From the human T2T-CHM13v2.0 reference genome, Homo sapiens, in the NCBI RefSeq assembly GCF_009914755.1, contig NC_060930.1: DNA of 64,000 nucleotides, one strand, 5' to 3'. The notes beneath the pieces are model-generated. The model searched no databases and was not told the DNA's origin. It worked only from the letters and a program-made list of their open reading frames with translations. Numbering within the stretch: the first letter of the stretch is position 1; each line of letters opens with the position of its first letter. The translations under genes and the position numbers were made by a program. Positions 1 to 13,127 of this stretch are shown one piece after another.

Positions 1-111
1 GTGAGGCCTCCCCAGCCATGTGGAACCGTAAGTCCAATTAAACCTCTTTCTTTTGTAAATTGCCCAGTCTCGGATATGTCTTTATCAGCAGCATGAAAAC
101 AGACTAACACA
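1..111 (+). mobile_element. THE1A/B (MaLR) LTR 3' end, cut by window edge
   Basis: gaggcctccccagccatgtggaac...attaaacctctttc...tgcccagtctcgg...gcagcatgaaaacagactaacaca matches the THE1 LTR terminus. Confidence 0.9.
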
Positions 112-591
112 AAGGTTCTATACTGACAAGTGTGTGAAACATGACATTACACAGCTAATGCTTATTTAAATCTGAAAACCAATGGAAATATTCTGTCTCA
201 GGATAACTCAACTTCATCGAGGTATATCCATCCTGCCTCCTCCAGTTTGACAGGGCCTTGGTTGAATGTCACTTCTGGGTCTGCTTCTCGCCAACTGGGA
301 CACTGGACCCCAGCTGGTGGATCCTCCCCAGTCCCCATCAATGCCTCCCTCCAGGCAATGCTGTGTTGGTCCTTGTTTCTGGCAAGACCTCTCACCACAA
401 AAGTACTGAAGCTCCACCCAAGACTGGAGCTATTTTTGTGTGTTTTTCTTCCCCCAAGCGGTGTGCCTCTGGGGTGCCAGGGACTGTGCATGCGTGCTTA
501 GGTGTCTAGGGAGGGTGCTTGCCATTCCCTGGGCCCTCCCCTCTGTGCATTTTGGCCAATGAAAGAACAAAGGAGCAGCAGCCAGTTACAG

Positions 592-712
592 GAAGGAATG
601 TGGATTTTGACCTGATCCTAGGGTCAGGTCCCGCGTCTGCAGACTTCTTGCTGTTTGATCTTAATCTCTCTACATCTCAGGCTCACCATTTGTAAATGGG
701 GAGATAACAGTG
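592..712 (+). mobile_element. MIR fragment
   Basis: ctcaggctcaccatttgtaaatggggagataacagt resembles the MIR core. Confidence 0.5.
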
Positions 713-719
713 GCTCCTC

Positions 720-921
720 TGCATATTAATCTGCCAAGGCTGTCATGACAAGTTCCACAGCCTAGTGGCTTAAACAACAGAAATTAATTTTCTCACAGTC
801 CTGGAGGCTGTAAGTCCAAGATCCAAGTGTCAGCAGGGCTGGTTTCCTCCACGGCCTCTCTGTTTGCCTGCAGGTGGCTTCACGTGGTCCTTCCTCTGTA
901 CATGTCTGATTTCCTCTTCTT
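720..921 (-). mobile_element. MLT1 (MaLR) LTR fragment
   Basis: gtggcttaaacaacagaaattaattttctcacagtcctggaggctgtaagtccaagatc is the MLT1 antisense signature. Confidence 0.8.
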
Positions 922-1194
922 GGGTTTCATCCCCACTGCCCCTCCACTGGGTAACTTTGTGCCATGAATGAGCGTGCAGGCCTCCTACTTATTTTTGCCA
1001 AATGTAGAAATGAGAAACTGGAAGAGTCCTTGGAGTCCAGGGGAAAAACAGAGGGTTTTTCCATTCTGACAACATTGCTTCCTCCCACCGTGGAGGACAT
1101 GTTGGGATGGTTTAGGTGATAAAAGAACTAGTAATGGAAGAACTGGTTATACCTTCAAGTAGAATTGAAATTTAACCTTTATAAAGAGTATTTG

Positions 1195-1342
1195 TGAGGC
1201 AGGAGGATTGCTTGAGTCTGGGAGTTTGAGGCTGCAGTGAGCTATGATCATGCTCCATCGTGGGCAATAGATCATGATCATACTCCATCGTGGGCAATAG
1301 AGTGAGACTCTGTCTGTAAGAAATAAAAAATAAAATGAAAAA
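1195..1342 (+). mobile_element. AluJ/FLAM-type monomer fragment with internal 30-bp tandem duplication
   Basis: gaggcaggaggattgcttgag...gaggctgcagtgagctatgatc...agagtgagactctgtct followed by an A-rich tail. Confidence 0.85.
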
Positions 1343-1392
1343 GATGAGTATTTGAAATTGATCACCTTCTTTAGAAATGAAGAGTGATTCTT

Positions 1393-1720
1393 TAGTTGAC
1401 AGAGATTTATTAAGTCCTAATATTCAAGGCACTGGAGAGCCCAAAACAAAACAGAAAACAAAATCCCTGCCTTCTTGGAGCTTTGACTGGGGGAGAGAGA
1501 TCATCAATAAATAAAAAACGCAGTGTGCCAAATGGTGGTGAGTGCTAGGCAGGAGGATGAGGTGGGAGGATGGGGATGGGGTGGTGGCTTTATTGAATAG
1601 GACGGTCCTGGGGGCCTTTCCAGGGTCTCCATGGAGACTGGGGGTTAGGGCAAGCTACTTGGATATTTCCAACGAGAGATTCCGGGCAGCCCAAAGGGCA
1701 GCAGTGGCCACAGACACAGC
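1393..1720 (-). mobile_element. L2 3' fragment
   Basis: atttattaagtcct...aggcactgg...aaaatccctgccttcttggagcttt is the L2 antisense 3' end pattern. Confidence 0.6.
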
Positions 1721-1811
1721 TTAGTCAGATGTAAATTGCTTCTGCTTCTGGATTAAACCTTACGTGTTTATTTATATCTGTGACAAGTAACAAAGAAGTA
1801 AATTTCTTTTA

Positions 1812-2048
1812 CAGGTTTAGTATCCCTTGTCTGAAATGCTGGGGACGAGAAGTATTTCAGGTTTTGATTTATTTTTTAATCTTGGAATATCTGCCTTATT
1901 CTTGCCAGTTGAGCATTCCTAATCTGAAAATATGAAATCCAAAATGCTCTTTTGAGCATGACCTTTGAGTGTCATGTTGGTGCTCAAAAAGTTTGGGATT
2001 TTGGAGCGTTTCAGATTTCAGATTTTTTGATTAGGGACGCTCAACCCG
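1812..2048 (-). mobile_element. Tigger4a (MER46A) MITE, full length
   Basis: TIRs caggtttagtatccct / agggacgctcaacccg, flanked by TA at 1810-1811 and 2049-2050. Confidence 0.9.
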
Positions 2049-2574
2049 TACCTGCAGGTCAGCAAGTTTTCAGGCCACATTGTGAATTGTTCTCTGAGCC
2101 TTTTTCATCTGAGCTTCTAACTTTGAAATGTGACTTTTGTTTATCAGTATTGTGCCTGACAGGAGAATTTCTAGCTTCTAGGGTTTTCCCCTCTTTGATT
2201 AAACTACTTGTTAATGGGGCTAAATATCTTCTTGTGATGAGAACACGTGAATTCAGAATCTGTTACTAGAGCTATGGGTATGAGAAGTATAAAATATGCC
2301 AGTCTTGCAGAAAAATATCAAGATACAGAATTTCCTTAATTTTGATTGCCTCTCTCCACATCATGCAATAACAACTGTATTTGCAAAATGCAAAGGGAAG
2401 ATCAGGAGTTTCTCTCTCTCTTTTTCTTCTGTCTCTGTGCTTCCCCTCTTTCCCTATTATTTTCCGGAACCAATTTTTCATGTGCAAAAAACTCAAGTGA
2501 ACATTTTTTTTTTCTGAAAGGAATTCTAAAATGTCTAGTGGCATCCTTTTATCCTCCTAAAATATGTAGAGTGT

Positions 2575-3031
2575 ATTTATTAGTTTTATTGAGGTAAAAT
2601 TGATATTAAAAAGTTACATCCCTTTAATGTATATATCCTGACGAGTTTGGACATAAGCACATTCCTATGATACCATTACCACAATCAAGACACTAAACAT
2701 ACCCATCACCTCCAAAAATTTCCTTGTGCTCTTTTGTGTGTGTGGCTTTTTTTACATTTTTGTGTGTGATAAGAACAGTTAAGATTTATCCTTTTAAAGC
2801 TCACAATACTATATTGTTAATTACAGTGTTTTTCTGTACAATAGATCTCTAGAAATTATTCATTTTGCATAACATAAACCTTGTATGCATTGAGCAAAAA
2901 GTCCGTTTCCCCCTAGTCCCAGCCTTTGACGCCACAATTCTATTCTCTGCTTCTATGAGTTTGACTATTTTAGATACCTCATATAAAATATAATACTGTG
3001 ATAAGTGAAATTATACAGTATTTGTCTTTTG
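2575..3031 (-). mobile_element. Old L1 (L1MA9/L1MB-like) 3' UTR
   Basis: ttttattgaggtaaaattga...accacaatcaag...ttctattctctgcttctatgagtttgactattttagatacctcatataa. Confidence 0.8.
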
Positions 3032-4839
3032 TAGAGTTTGTTTTTTGAAAAGGTTATAGCAATTAGACATCCTGCTAAATTTCCCCACTCCACTTCAATT
3101 ATCATGTGATTCTCTGGCTTACATCTGCTCACAGATGCATCCATGCACTCAAGATGAGAGATACTCTTTGCTCTTTTTCTTATCTACTAAAGATCCTTGC
3201 TTCACACACTGCATATGGTAAACCCTCAGTAGGTATTTGTGAATTGTATTTGAACTTACTCTCAAATCCAGATAGTAGAAAACAGTGCTCAAGTCACTGT
3301 GAAGGCAGAACCTCAACTTCCCCGGTACTTACCATAGGGCTTTGTGTACAGCAGGTAATCTTAGCCACCAGTAAAATTGCGTTATCTCAGCTTAGAGTTA
3401 AATCTCTATTTAAGATGTCTAAAGGCTACTTGAGGGTCTGTAATTACCTGGAAGTGCTGAAGGGCTCAAGAGCTCAATTTTCTTTTCAACTTTCATTTTG
3501 AAATTTTGAGACCCTTTTGAATGTTGGTATTTTGTGAGCTATCACTGAGGGGCCTGTCTAGATAACATGATGAGTTCTCCCACGGCTGATCTGGTGGCAG
3601 TATTTTCCTAGGCACTGATTAAAAGCCCTCATTATGGATAAACTTAAAGTTACAATGTTTTGTGGGCCGGAGAAAGATAAACTGTTAGACAGAATTTGTT
3701 GAAGAAAAAAAAAAACATCAAATTGTAGGGATGAATACAATTTAGAAAAAAAGGAGTCAGTGACAAGATATTTTATATCTGGTTGGAAGTTGAAAGGAGA
3801 ATTTAAAATCCAAAGAAGTCCCCAAGGTACCCATTAATAGCCAATTTCATGTGTTTGATTCTTGCAAAGTGTAGATATTATGCTACAGAGTCTCCTAAAA
3901 TTAAGGAGATATGGCTGAAAAATCTCACATTTGATTTATACATTCTTCAGTTTTTCTGGATTTTAAGTCTTGAAGCTTTTCTGTTATTTATTTATTTTTT
4001 TGCTTGCATTGGTATCAGGAGAGAGATTTGCCTACATTTTAACTTGTGAGAATGTTATTTTTTCCCTAGCCAGAAAACAAACAAAATAGTAAGATATCCT
4101 TGTTTTTCTACCTCCAAAAATCCTTGGTTGAATTCTCTTTCTCCCCTTATTCACAATTCATTTTATCAAAGAAAGATAAACCTGGGGAAAATGCTCCCAG
4201 GAGACCTCTCTTACCTACGTCTGTGTAAAGAATCTGAGCTCAGGACCTGAAAAAGCTTCTCATGAGGCCAGATGGCCATTTTCCTTTTGTTCTCTCTTGA
4301 ATCTCCTCTCTTTTAAGTCCTCTGTCTTTTTCTGTTGGGTTCCCGTTTCTGTGCTGAGAATTTTCCCTCTTCTCCAGTGCTTTTTCCCCTCAGGCACCTG
4401 CTCCGTTTCCCTTCTCAGGGGAAAATATCAAATGGAAGACAGGCCCCAAATCCATTTGCCAATTTCACTCTTTCATGTATCTCAGCAGATCAACTTTTCT
4501 CAGAAATTCCACATCTTTTCCATCCTGGAAACTGGAACATGTATGTGTTCATTTTATTTGAATATAGGGAATAATAATTTTCAAAACCCTTATCCAAGTT
4601 GGGACCCTACATTTTTTATTGATTCCTTAAGTTTTGGTCAAAGTTCCCTTTTCTGTTCAGAACGTCCCTCCTTCTATGACTGATTCAAAATGCTCAGGAT
4701 AGAAGACCTCAGAAGCAAGCATCACAGAAGCTGAAGCTGTCAGACTAAACGATAGAGAAAACATACTCTTAAAAAAAATTCAAATTGGAAATTGAGGAGG
4801 CTCTGGTATTGCCTATTCTATTTTGTTTATGTTTTTGGT

Positions 4840-5060
4840 ATGTAAAGATGCAAATTCAAGTCTAGGCTCTGCCACTTAATAGCCACAAGGCCATGAAGAG
4901 CTGGTTATTCACACTGAGCCCCTGTGCCTCAGCTGTGCATTGGAATAATAATGTCTGCTCACCTGGATATGATCCGGGTCAAGGAGTGGATGCATGTGAG
5001 AGCAGCTGTGAAGTGCAACAGATATTCTGTGTGCGAACACCATTATTGGCATTGCTATTA
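4840..5060 (+). mobile_element. MIR
   Basis: ttcaagtctaggctctgccacttaatagc...ctgtgcctcag...gaataataatg. Confidence 0.55.
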
Positions 5061-5149
5061 CCATTGAATTGTAGAGATGTTTATTCCACCAATATGCCAA
5101 AAATAGATTTATTTGTTAAAAATTACTTTTCCCCTGGTCATCATTATTC

Positions 5150-5375
5150 CTTTATGTTTTTAAACAAATTTTGTTTGTGTATGTATGGACCTACTTTATG
5201 CCACGTACTGTGATGGGTGTTAGAGACCAGAAAAAAAAAAAATCCTGACAAAAAAACACAAACACAAAAAACCTACAAACGTTTGACCTGCCTGGGTGAA
5301 CAACACGACCTAGTGCAAGAGACAGATGTGTAAACAGATGGTTATTACAAAGTATGATAAGTCTAAGAGCAAAAA
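5150..5375 (-). mobile_element. L2 3' fragment
   Basis: aaacaaattt...acctactttatgccacgtactgtgatgggtgttagaga...gagacagatgtgtaaacagat. Confidence 0.5.
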
Positions 5376-5914
5376 GTGGAAGACTGTATATTTACTCTGG
5401 TGTCTCAGCATCACCTGGAAGAAACAGGATTTCCTTCCACAAATGTAAAGGCCCGTGGTCATTATAGGATGCATAATTTTAAGTGTCATATTTGTGACAT
5501 GGGGATGCCTTTGAGTATGCGGATAACTTTGGGGTTCTAAACTATTCTTCTACTTTAACCTGAATTTTTCATTTTTAAGAAACACTTATTGAGCACTATA
5601 TACGTGCCCAACACTGCAGCAGCTGCTTGGAAAACAAGTACAGAACTTTCTTCCTTTAATTAATTACGCTCTTCTAGAGGAATTGCACTCATGAAACAAC
5701 TAACAGGTTTGGGACAATATCAAGTAAAATAGTAGTTCTGGCTTGTTTTCTAGACCTAGTACTGGACAGCAAAAGAGCTGGACAAACCACGGGGGTAAAG
5801 AGTGTGTAGAAAGCTCAGAACCAAACAACCAACATGGGCTGATGTTTTGGAATATTACTGTTTAATAAAATAACAGCAACTACTCCTCCTCCTACTACCA
5901 CCACCATGACCATT

Positions 5915-6125
5915 GAAATTTAATGGCAACCTCTGCATTGCATTCTTTAGACAAACATTCTCTAGCCCTCATGATGATCCTCCAGGCTTTATCCTCATTT
6001 TACATGGGAGGAAACAGACTCAGAGAGTTAGGTGCGCACACAGCTCACCCAGCTAACATGCTGCACAGCTGGTAGGAATTTGAACCAGGATACTTCCAGC
6101 TTCACAGCTTCCTTCATTCCAGTGC
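5915..6125 (-). mobile_element. MIR
   Basis: tttatcctcattttacatgggaggaaacagactcagagagttagg...ggaatttgaaccagg. Confidence 0.65.
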
Positions 6126-6279
6126 ACATGAGTGCAGCTGAAGTCTACGGAGAGCAGATGAACACTCTCGTAGCTGAGTGTGTTGGGACAGGGGATGTGG
6201 GGTAGGGGAGGCAATGGGGAGAAAGTGAAGGGAGTGAAGCTGAGCCGCAGATGAGAACTCTGAAGCCAGCAGAGGAGGA

Positions 6280-7095
6280 GGTGATGTCTTTAAACATTGT
6301 TTTCCTGGACTTTAGAGGCATTGACAGGGATTTCCCATGTGACTTCATAACTGATTTAAAGTGTCCAATCACTTGGATGAAGACTTAGAAGAAGACTTAG
6401 AAGATGTGTTTATCAAAACTACAGAGATACTGCAATTTCAGCATAAGAGTTAGGATGTCCAAACAGCTCAAAAATGTGGAAAATGTGCTGACCCTAACAA
6501 GATGAATTTAATAGAATGAATGTAAAAGCATGTGCTTATGTTAAAATAAATCCAACTGCAAAAACACAGGAGAGACATAGCTAAATAGTAAGATGTGTGA
6601 CAGAGTTTGAAAGATCTTGCCAGCCCCAACCCTGATATGAACTGTGAGTGTGATGGGGTAGCACACAGCAATGCTGCATTCGCTCGCATTGATAGATGGA
6701 CGAGGCACGGGACAGGGTTGCATGGGATATTCCAAGGTCAAGTATATGCAGAAGTAAGTTCCTGGGATGAAAGAGTATGGCACATGGGAAAGGTAATAGC
6801 TGGGGCCTTGAGTCTGAACAAGAGAAGACTAAGTGGGGAGATGAGAGCTGCCCTGAAACACTTCCAGGACCACCATAGGGGAGAGGGAGGGAAATCGTTG
6901 AGAGAGCTCTAGAGGGCAGGACTGCTTTCAGTGGGGGGAAATGATAGAGAATTGATTTCAATTCATTCCAGGGAAGAAGAATGTTCTCACAATTACAGCT
7001 GTCCAGTGACTGAATGGGCTGCCTCACAGTGTACTAATGAGAACCATGGCCTACCTGAAAAAATTTAATTACCAGGAAGTGCTCAAGTGTTCAAT
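6280..7095 (+). mobile_element. L3 (CR1) LINE ORF2 3' remnant
   Basis: tttatcaaaactacagagatact resembles the degenerate LIKFADDT motif; aacaagatgaatttaatag; translated LSLNKRRLSGEM resembles CR1 FSLEKRRLRGDL; gaatgggctgcctc is a typical L3 tail. Confidence 0.7.
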
Positions 7096-7429
7096 TTTGG
7101 TTCTAATCCCCTTTTAAGAACTTAAAAATAGTATTGAGCCATGTTGTCTGCAATATTATTAGATAACAGTGCCTTTCTTACATTATGTGATTGGTTTTCA
7201 TATTACTTTTTAAGTTATTTTCTTCCTTAGAGGCAGAAACAATGTTCTTTCTGTTGATTTATGCATAATTGTACTGAATATTTCCCCTGGAGGAACATGA
7301 GCATTTATGTGTGTTTACATCTTGAAAAAAGTAGGGTCATTGCTAAATGCTTCCTTCTTGTCATGAAAGTTGACATTGAGAGTGGAGATGACGAGATTCT
7401 CTAACATGTATCTGCTGCTGCACTGTGGT

Positions 7430-7560
7430 TTTCTGTTGACTTGTATGTCTCCATCACCTGATGGTAATTTTTGTGTGGATGGACAGTAGCTTTGTCTTAA
7501 CATCCTTTATAGTCCCAAACATTGGGCCATAGTAATTATTCAATTAATGAATAAATGATT
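7430..7560 (+). mobile_element. L2 3' end fragment
   Basis: tgtatgtctcc...ccatagtaattattcaattaatgaataaatga. Confidence 0.4.
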
Positions 7561-8549
7561 TACTAGAGACATTCAGGTAGAATATAAATAAATAAGTAAA
7601 TAAACAAATAAACCTGGGATGTTGTAAACTGATTTGTATCCCAGGCCAAAGTTTAGTCTCAGACCATAAGGCATTCTCACCTCTAAGATTGTGTGGTTAT
7701 GTCCTCAGCTCCATTCTAGATGCTTGCGTGTGACGGGGATTCCAAGGAAAATAGAGATGTTTGTGGAAGGGGCAACAGAGCAAACAAAGAGTGGGGCAGC
7801 GCTAGAGAGGACTTTGTGGAAGATGTGAGCAGTGAGCTGGGTAAAACAAGTGTAGAATTTGGGCTGGCAGAGAGTACTGGGGAAGCCAAAATAGCTTAAG
7901 TGGATTGCATGGAATTAGAAAGGAGCGGGTTACATGTCCATAAAAAGCTGTGGCTTCTAGAGCAATCCACTTAGGACCAGTGCTGAAAGATCTGGATTAC
8001 AGTGGGGCCAGGGAGGGAGTGGGATTGAAGCTGGAGGAGAAAATCCAATGGATGTTGCCAGGGCTCCCAAGAGTACTAGAAACTGACATATCCATTTTGA
8101 AAAAAGAAACTGGTTTTCATGCACACTGCATTATCCATATGGAGAAAGTAGTGTGGTTTGCAGAGTGAAGAAATACATAATTAAAATAGGTAAATATATG
8201 AGGCTGTCTGTTCTGATTTAGAATTGTGCGTTGAGCACTAAATCAGAAACAAATCTCCCTTCCTACTTGACCCTCACCCCACTTTGGCTGTACCTGAGGA
8301 CAAGAATGAGTCCAAGCTTTCTAAATATTTAGCATCCGAGCATGCCAATGATGGCAGATGATTTGAGAATGTCCACTCCACTTCCCTCAGGAAAAAAAAG
8401 GCTGAGTGTCTGTTGTTAACTAGAAGTGGAGGGACGACTCAAATCGAAACCTCTCTACTGCTCTGTCACGGCCTTCTCCACACCCATCAATAAAACTGCT
8501 GCCCCTAAACCCTGAAGCTGGCTGAGTCAAATGGTAAGTGAACCCCAGC

Positions 8550-8910
8550 TGTATTAGTCCATTTTTACATTGCTGATAAAGACATACTTGAGACTGGGTA
8601 ATTTATAAAGAAAAGTAAGTTTCATGGGCTCACAGTTCCACGGGGCTGGGGAGGCCTCACCATCACGGCAGAAGGCAAAAGGCATGTCTTACATGGCAGC
8701 AGGCAAGAGAGAATGAGAGCCAGGCAAAAGGAGAAACCCTTATGAAACCATCAGATCTTGTGAGACTCATTCACTACCATGAGAACAGTATGGGGGAAAC
8801 CACCCCCACGATTCAATTATCTCCCACCAGGTGCCTCCCACAACACGTGAGAATTATGGGAGCTGCAATTCAACATGAGATTTGGGTGGGGACACAGCCG
8901 AACCATATCA
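8550..8910 (-). mobile_element. THE1B solo LTR
   Basis: tgtattagtcc...aaccatatca; perfect 5-bp TSD ccagc at 8545-8549 and 8911-8915. Confidence 0.95.
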
Positions 8911-9326
8911 CCAGCCTTCCAGTAATCTGTGTGATGTACATGTAGGAGACAGAACTGCAAAAAGACAGGCTCATGGCTGTATAGCGCGTGCAGCACAGGG
9001 TGGCAGAGAAGGGCCTGGTGAGAGAGGCAGGAGGCTGCTGGAGGGAGCCCAGGGGGCTGCTGACTGGCCAGGACCGTGCTTGGCACCCGATAGGCCTTAG
9101 CTCGCTTCAGCCTCAGACCAGCCTCTGAGGTGGAGCTGACCCCGCCTCAAAGTGTGGAAATGCAGGTCAAAGGAGTGGAGTCACTTGGCCAGGGCCACAC
9201 AGCTACGAAGTAGCAGAGCTGCATCCCCAGCCAGGAGCAGTGGTGAGGGCCACGCCATGTGCTCTGTCCCCGTGAGCTTCTCGGTGGTGATGTGGGGTGT
9301 GGGTATGGACGTTTGTGTGCTGTGGT

Positions 9327-10030
<704 letters not shown>

Positions 10031-10114
10031 GTGGTGTTATGATTAGTTTTTATTGGCCTTCTTTATTGAAAAACGTTTTTCTAAGTTCCACATAAAGCTA
10101 AGTAATGTGAAGCT

Positions 10115-10273
10115 TTCTTTTTCTTATGGTGGTAAAATATATATGTAACATAAAATTTGGCGTCTTAACCATTTTTAAGTGTACATTCTGTGGCATTAAG
10201 TGCATTTGCAATGGTGTTCAACCATCGCCACTATACATTTCCCAAACTTTCTATCACCCCAAACAGAAACTCT
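10115..10273 (-). mobile_element. L1MB 3' end fragment
   Basis: ggtaaaatatata...aacataaaatt...cttaaccatttttaagtgtaca...atcaccccaaacagaaactct. Confidence 0.8.
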
Positions 10274-10529
10274 AGGGCGGAGCTTTCTAAACCCACCTGC
10301 AAAGTTTGTTTATGCTTAAGCTACCTATTTCTGCCTATCTCTGATGGTGCCTGTAGGAAATAGGTTTATGCCTATCCCAAGTACCACTATTGTTAGCTGG
10401 CAACCAAAATCAACAGCACATAAAGAATGATGCTAGCTATTAATTCCCTGAACTGGTTCCTGTACGGTCTCATCCACTATCCTCTCCCTGTCCCCGAGCT
10501 CAAGCCCTCGCACCTGCTCCAGACGGCTC

Positions 10530-11190
<661 letters not shown>

Positions 11191-12175
11191 GCTTTTTGCA
11201 TATTGATTCCTACATTTGATACATTCTCAGGAGGGACATTTGGCCTATGCTTGGGAGAGGGGAGCCTCAGCTGACTTTTCATAATCACGATTCCAGCTCC
11301 CTGCCAGACCCCACCTTTCAGCATCCACACTACATGGACTTTGTCCTTTGGGAGCCACTCACCCTATGGATGGCCCTCTGGGTGGTGTTTGTCAAGACAA
11401 CTCAAGCCTTGGGCGGCCCATTCCTTGCTCTGGGCGAAGGGCGCCCTCCCCTCTCCCCGCATGCTGTTTCTTAGTTGGTGGCTCCAGAGTACTCCTCACC
11501 CCAGATGTGGTCAATCCCAGGGTGCCCAAGTGTGAGGTTCACTCAGGGCTTCCCAAGGACCCTTCACTGGGTGTAAGGAGGTGAGAGGAGCAGGGCATAA
11601 TTCTCTCTAAAGAAGTTCTCACTTTCCCATCTGCCTTGACCAAACTTTGAGCCTTGGGATGAGGGGTGGTTGTTAGGTCTTTGGAGTAGTGTATGTTGGG
11701 AGAGAGGCTCACTCCTTAAAACATTCTTGAAACGTGGTCTACCCCTTTCTTTAGAATGTGTTGACACTTGACACTCTTGTTCTAAACCTTGGGACCTCAG
11801 AGGACACTATGACCCCAGAAAAATTTCCTTTTACCACCCCATTGTACTTTCCCTATCTTCACTCAGCCTTTTTTTCTTCACTGTTTACATCTATCCCTCT
11901 GTATCTACACCACAGCTGCGGCACTGATCCACTTGTGCAGCATCCTCAGTGAGTCACTTCCTTGTCATACCCACCTTGCAAATATAAATGAGCCTCAAAT
12001 CAATCCAGCTGTCCACCTCATCCAATCTTCCATGGTGCTGGGCACAGCTGGGGACAATTGCATCATCTCAGAGGCTAGTACCGCTAAACCTTATGCGGAA
12101 TCCACAACCTGGTCAACTTTGTATATAATTTCCCGTGGTGACTTTTTAATGTTGTACTATTTTGTTATTTCCAGA

Positions 12176-12768
12176 ACTATTTTATTTTTATTGATACACA
12201 ATAGTTGTACATATTTATGGGGTACAAGTGATATTTTGATATACACATTCAGTGTGTAATGATCAAATCAGAGTAATTGGGATCTCCATCACTTCAAACC
12301 TTTATCTTTTCTTTATGTTGGAAACATTCTAATTTTTCTCTTCTATCTATTTTGAACTGTTACTGTTAACTGTAGTCATACTATTATACTATCTAACTCT
12401 GTTTTTCTTCCCACTAATCAATCTCTTTTCATTCCCCACCTTCCTCCCTTGGCTCCTCTCTTCCCTTTTCAGTCTCTGGTAACCACCAATCAACTCTCTA
12501 CCTCCATGAGAATGACTTTTTTAGCTCCCACATATGAGTGAGTACATGCGATATATGTCTTTCTGTGCCTCTCTTATTTCACTTAAGGTAACGACAAATG
12601 ACAAGATTTTGTTATTTTTATGGCTGAATAATATTCCATTGTGTATATTTACTGCATCTTTTTTATCCATCTGTTGATGGACACTTAAGTTAATCTATAT
12701 TTTGGCTATTGTGAATAGTGCTGCAAAAAACATAGGAGTGTAGATGTATTTTTGATGGATTGATTTCC
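12176..12768 (-). mobile_element. L1MA 3' UTR / ORF2 end
   Basis: tttattgatacacaatagttgtacatatttatggggtaca...ggctgaataatattccattgtg...ttggctattgtgaatagtgctgc. Confidence 0.9.
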
Positions 12769-12771
12769 AAA

Positions 12772-13123
12772 TAGGCTTTTGCTCCATCTCCCAGGCACAG
12801 TGGTTCAATCACAGCTCACTGTAGCCTTGAACTCCTGGGCTCAAGTGATCCTCCTCCTTTAGCCTCCTGAATACGTAGCACTACAGGTGAGTGCCACCAC
12901 ACTGGGCTATTTTATCTTATTATTATTATTTGTAGAGACAGTGTCTTGCTATGTTGCCCAGCTTTGTTGCCTTGCTTTGATCTAATTGCTTATCAGAGCT
13001 CCACCTCCTAATATCATCTTTGTTGCAATATGCATCTTGGTTGCAACATATGAATTTTAGGAGGGCACAAACATTCAGTCTATGGTCTCAAACTCCTTGC
13101 CTCAAATGATCCCCCTCCTCAGC
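12772..13123 (-). mobile_element. AluJ lacking poly-A tail and 5' end, split by a ~120-bp insert
   Basis: acagctcactgtagccttgaactcctgggctcaag...tatgttgcccagc [insert] tggtctcaaactcc...cctcagc. Confidence 0.85.
12978..13083 (+). repeat. Dispersed direct copy of 14735-14841 (MLT1A-derived)
   Basis: About 8 substitutions and 1 indel over ~107 bp by manual alignment; shared atypical atcatctttgttgcaat.tgcatcttggttgcaac. Confidence 0.92.
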
Positions 13124-13127
13124 TTTT

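Noticed and set aside
6185-6219. G-quadruplex-compatible G-runs (also 8004-8023)
   Set aside because: They match the pattern, but such motifs are common and nothing here supports a function.
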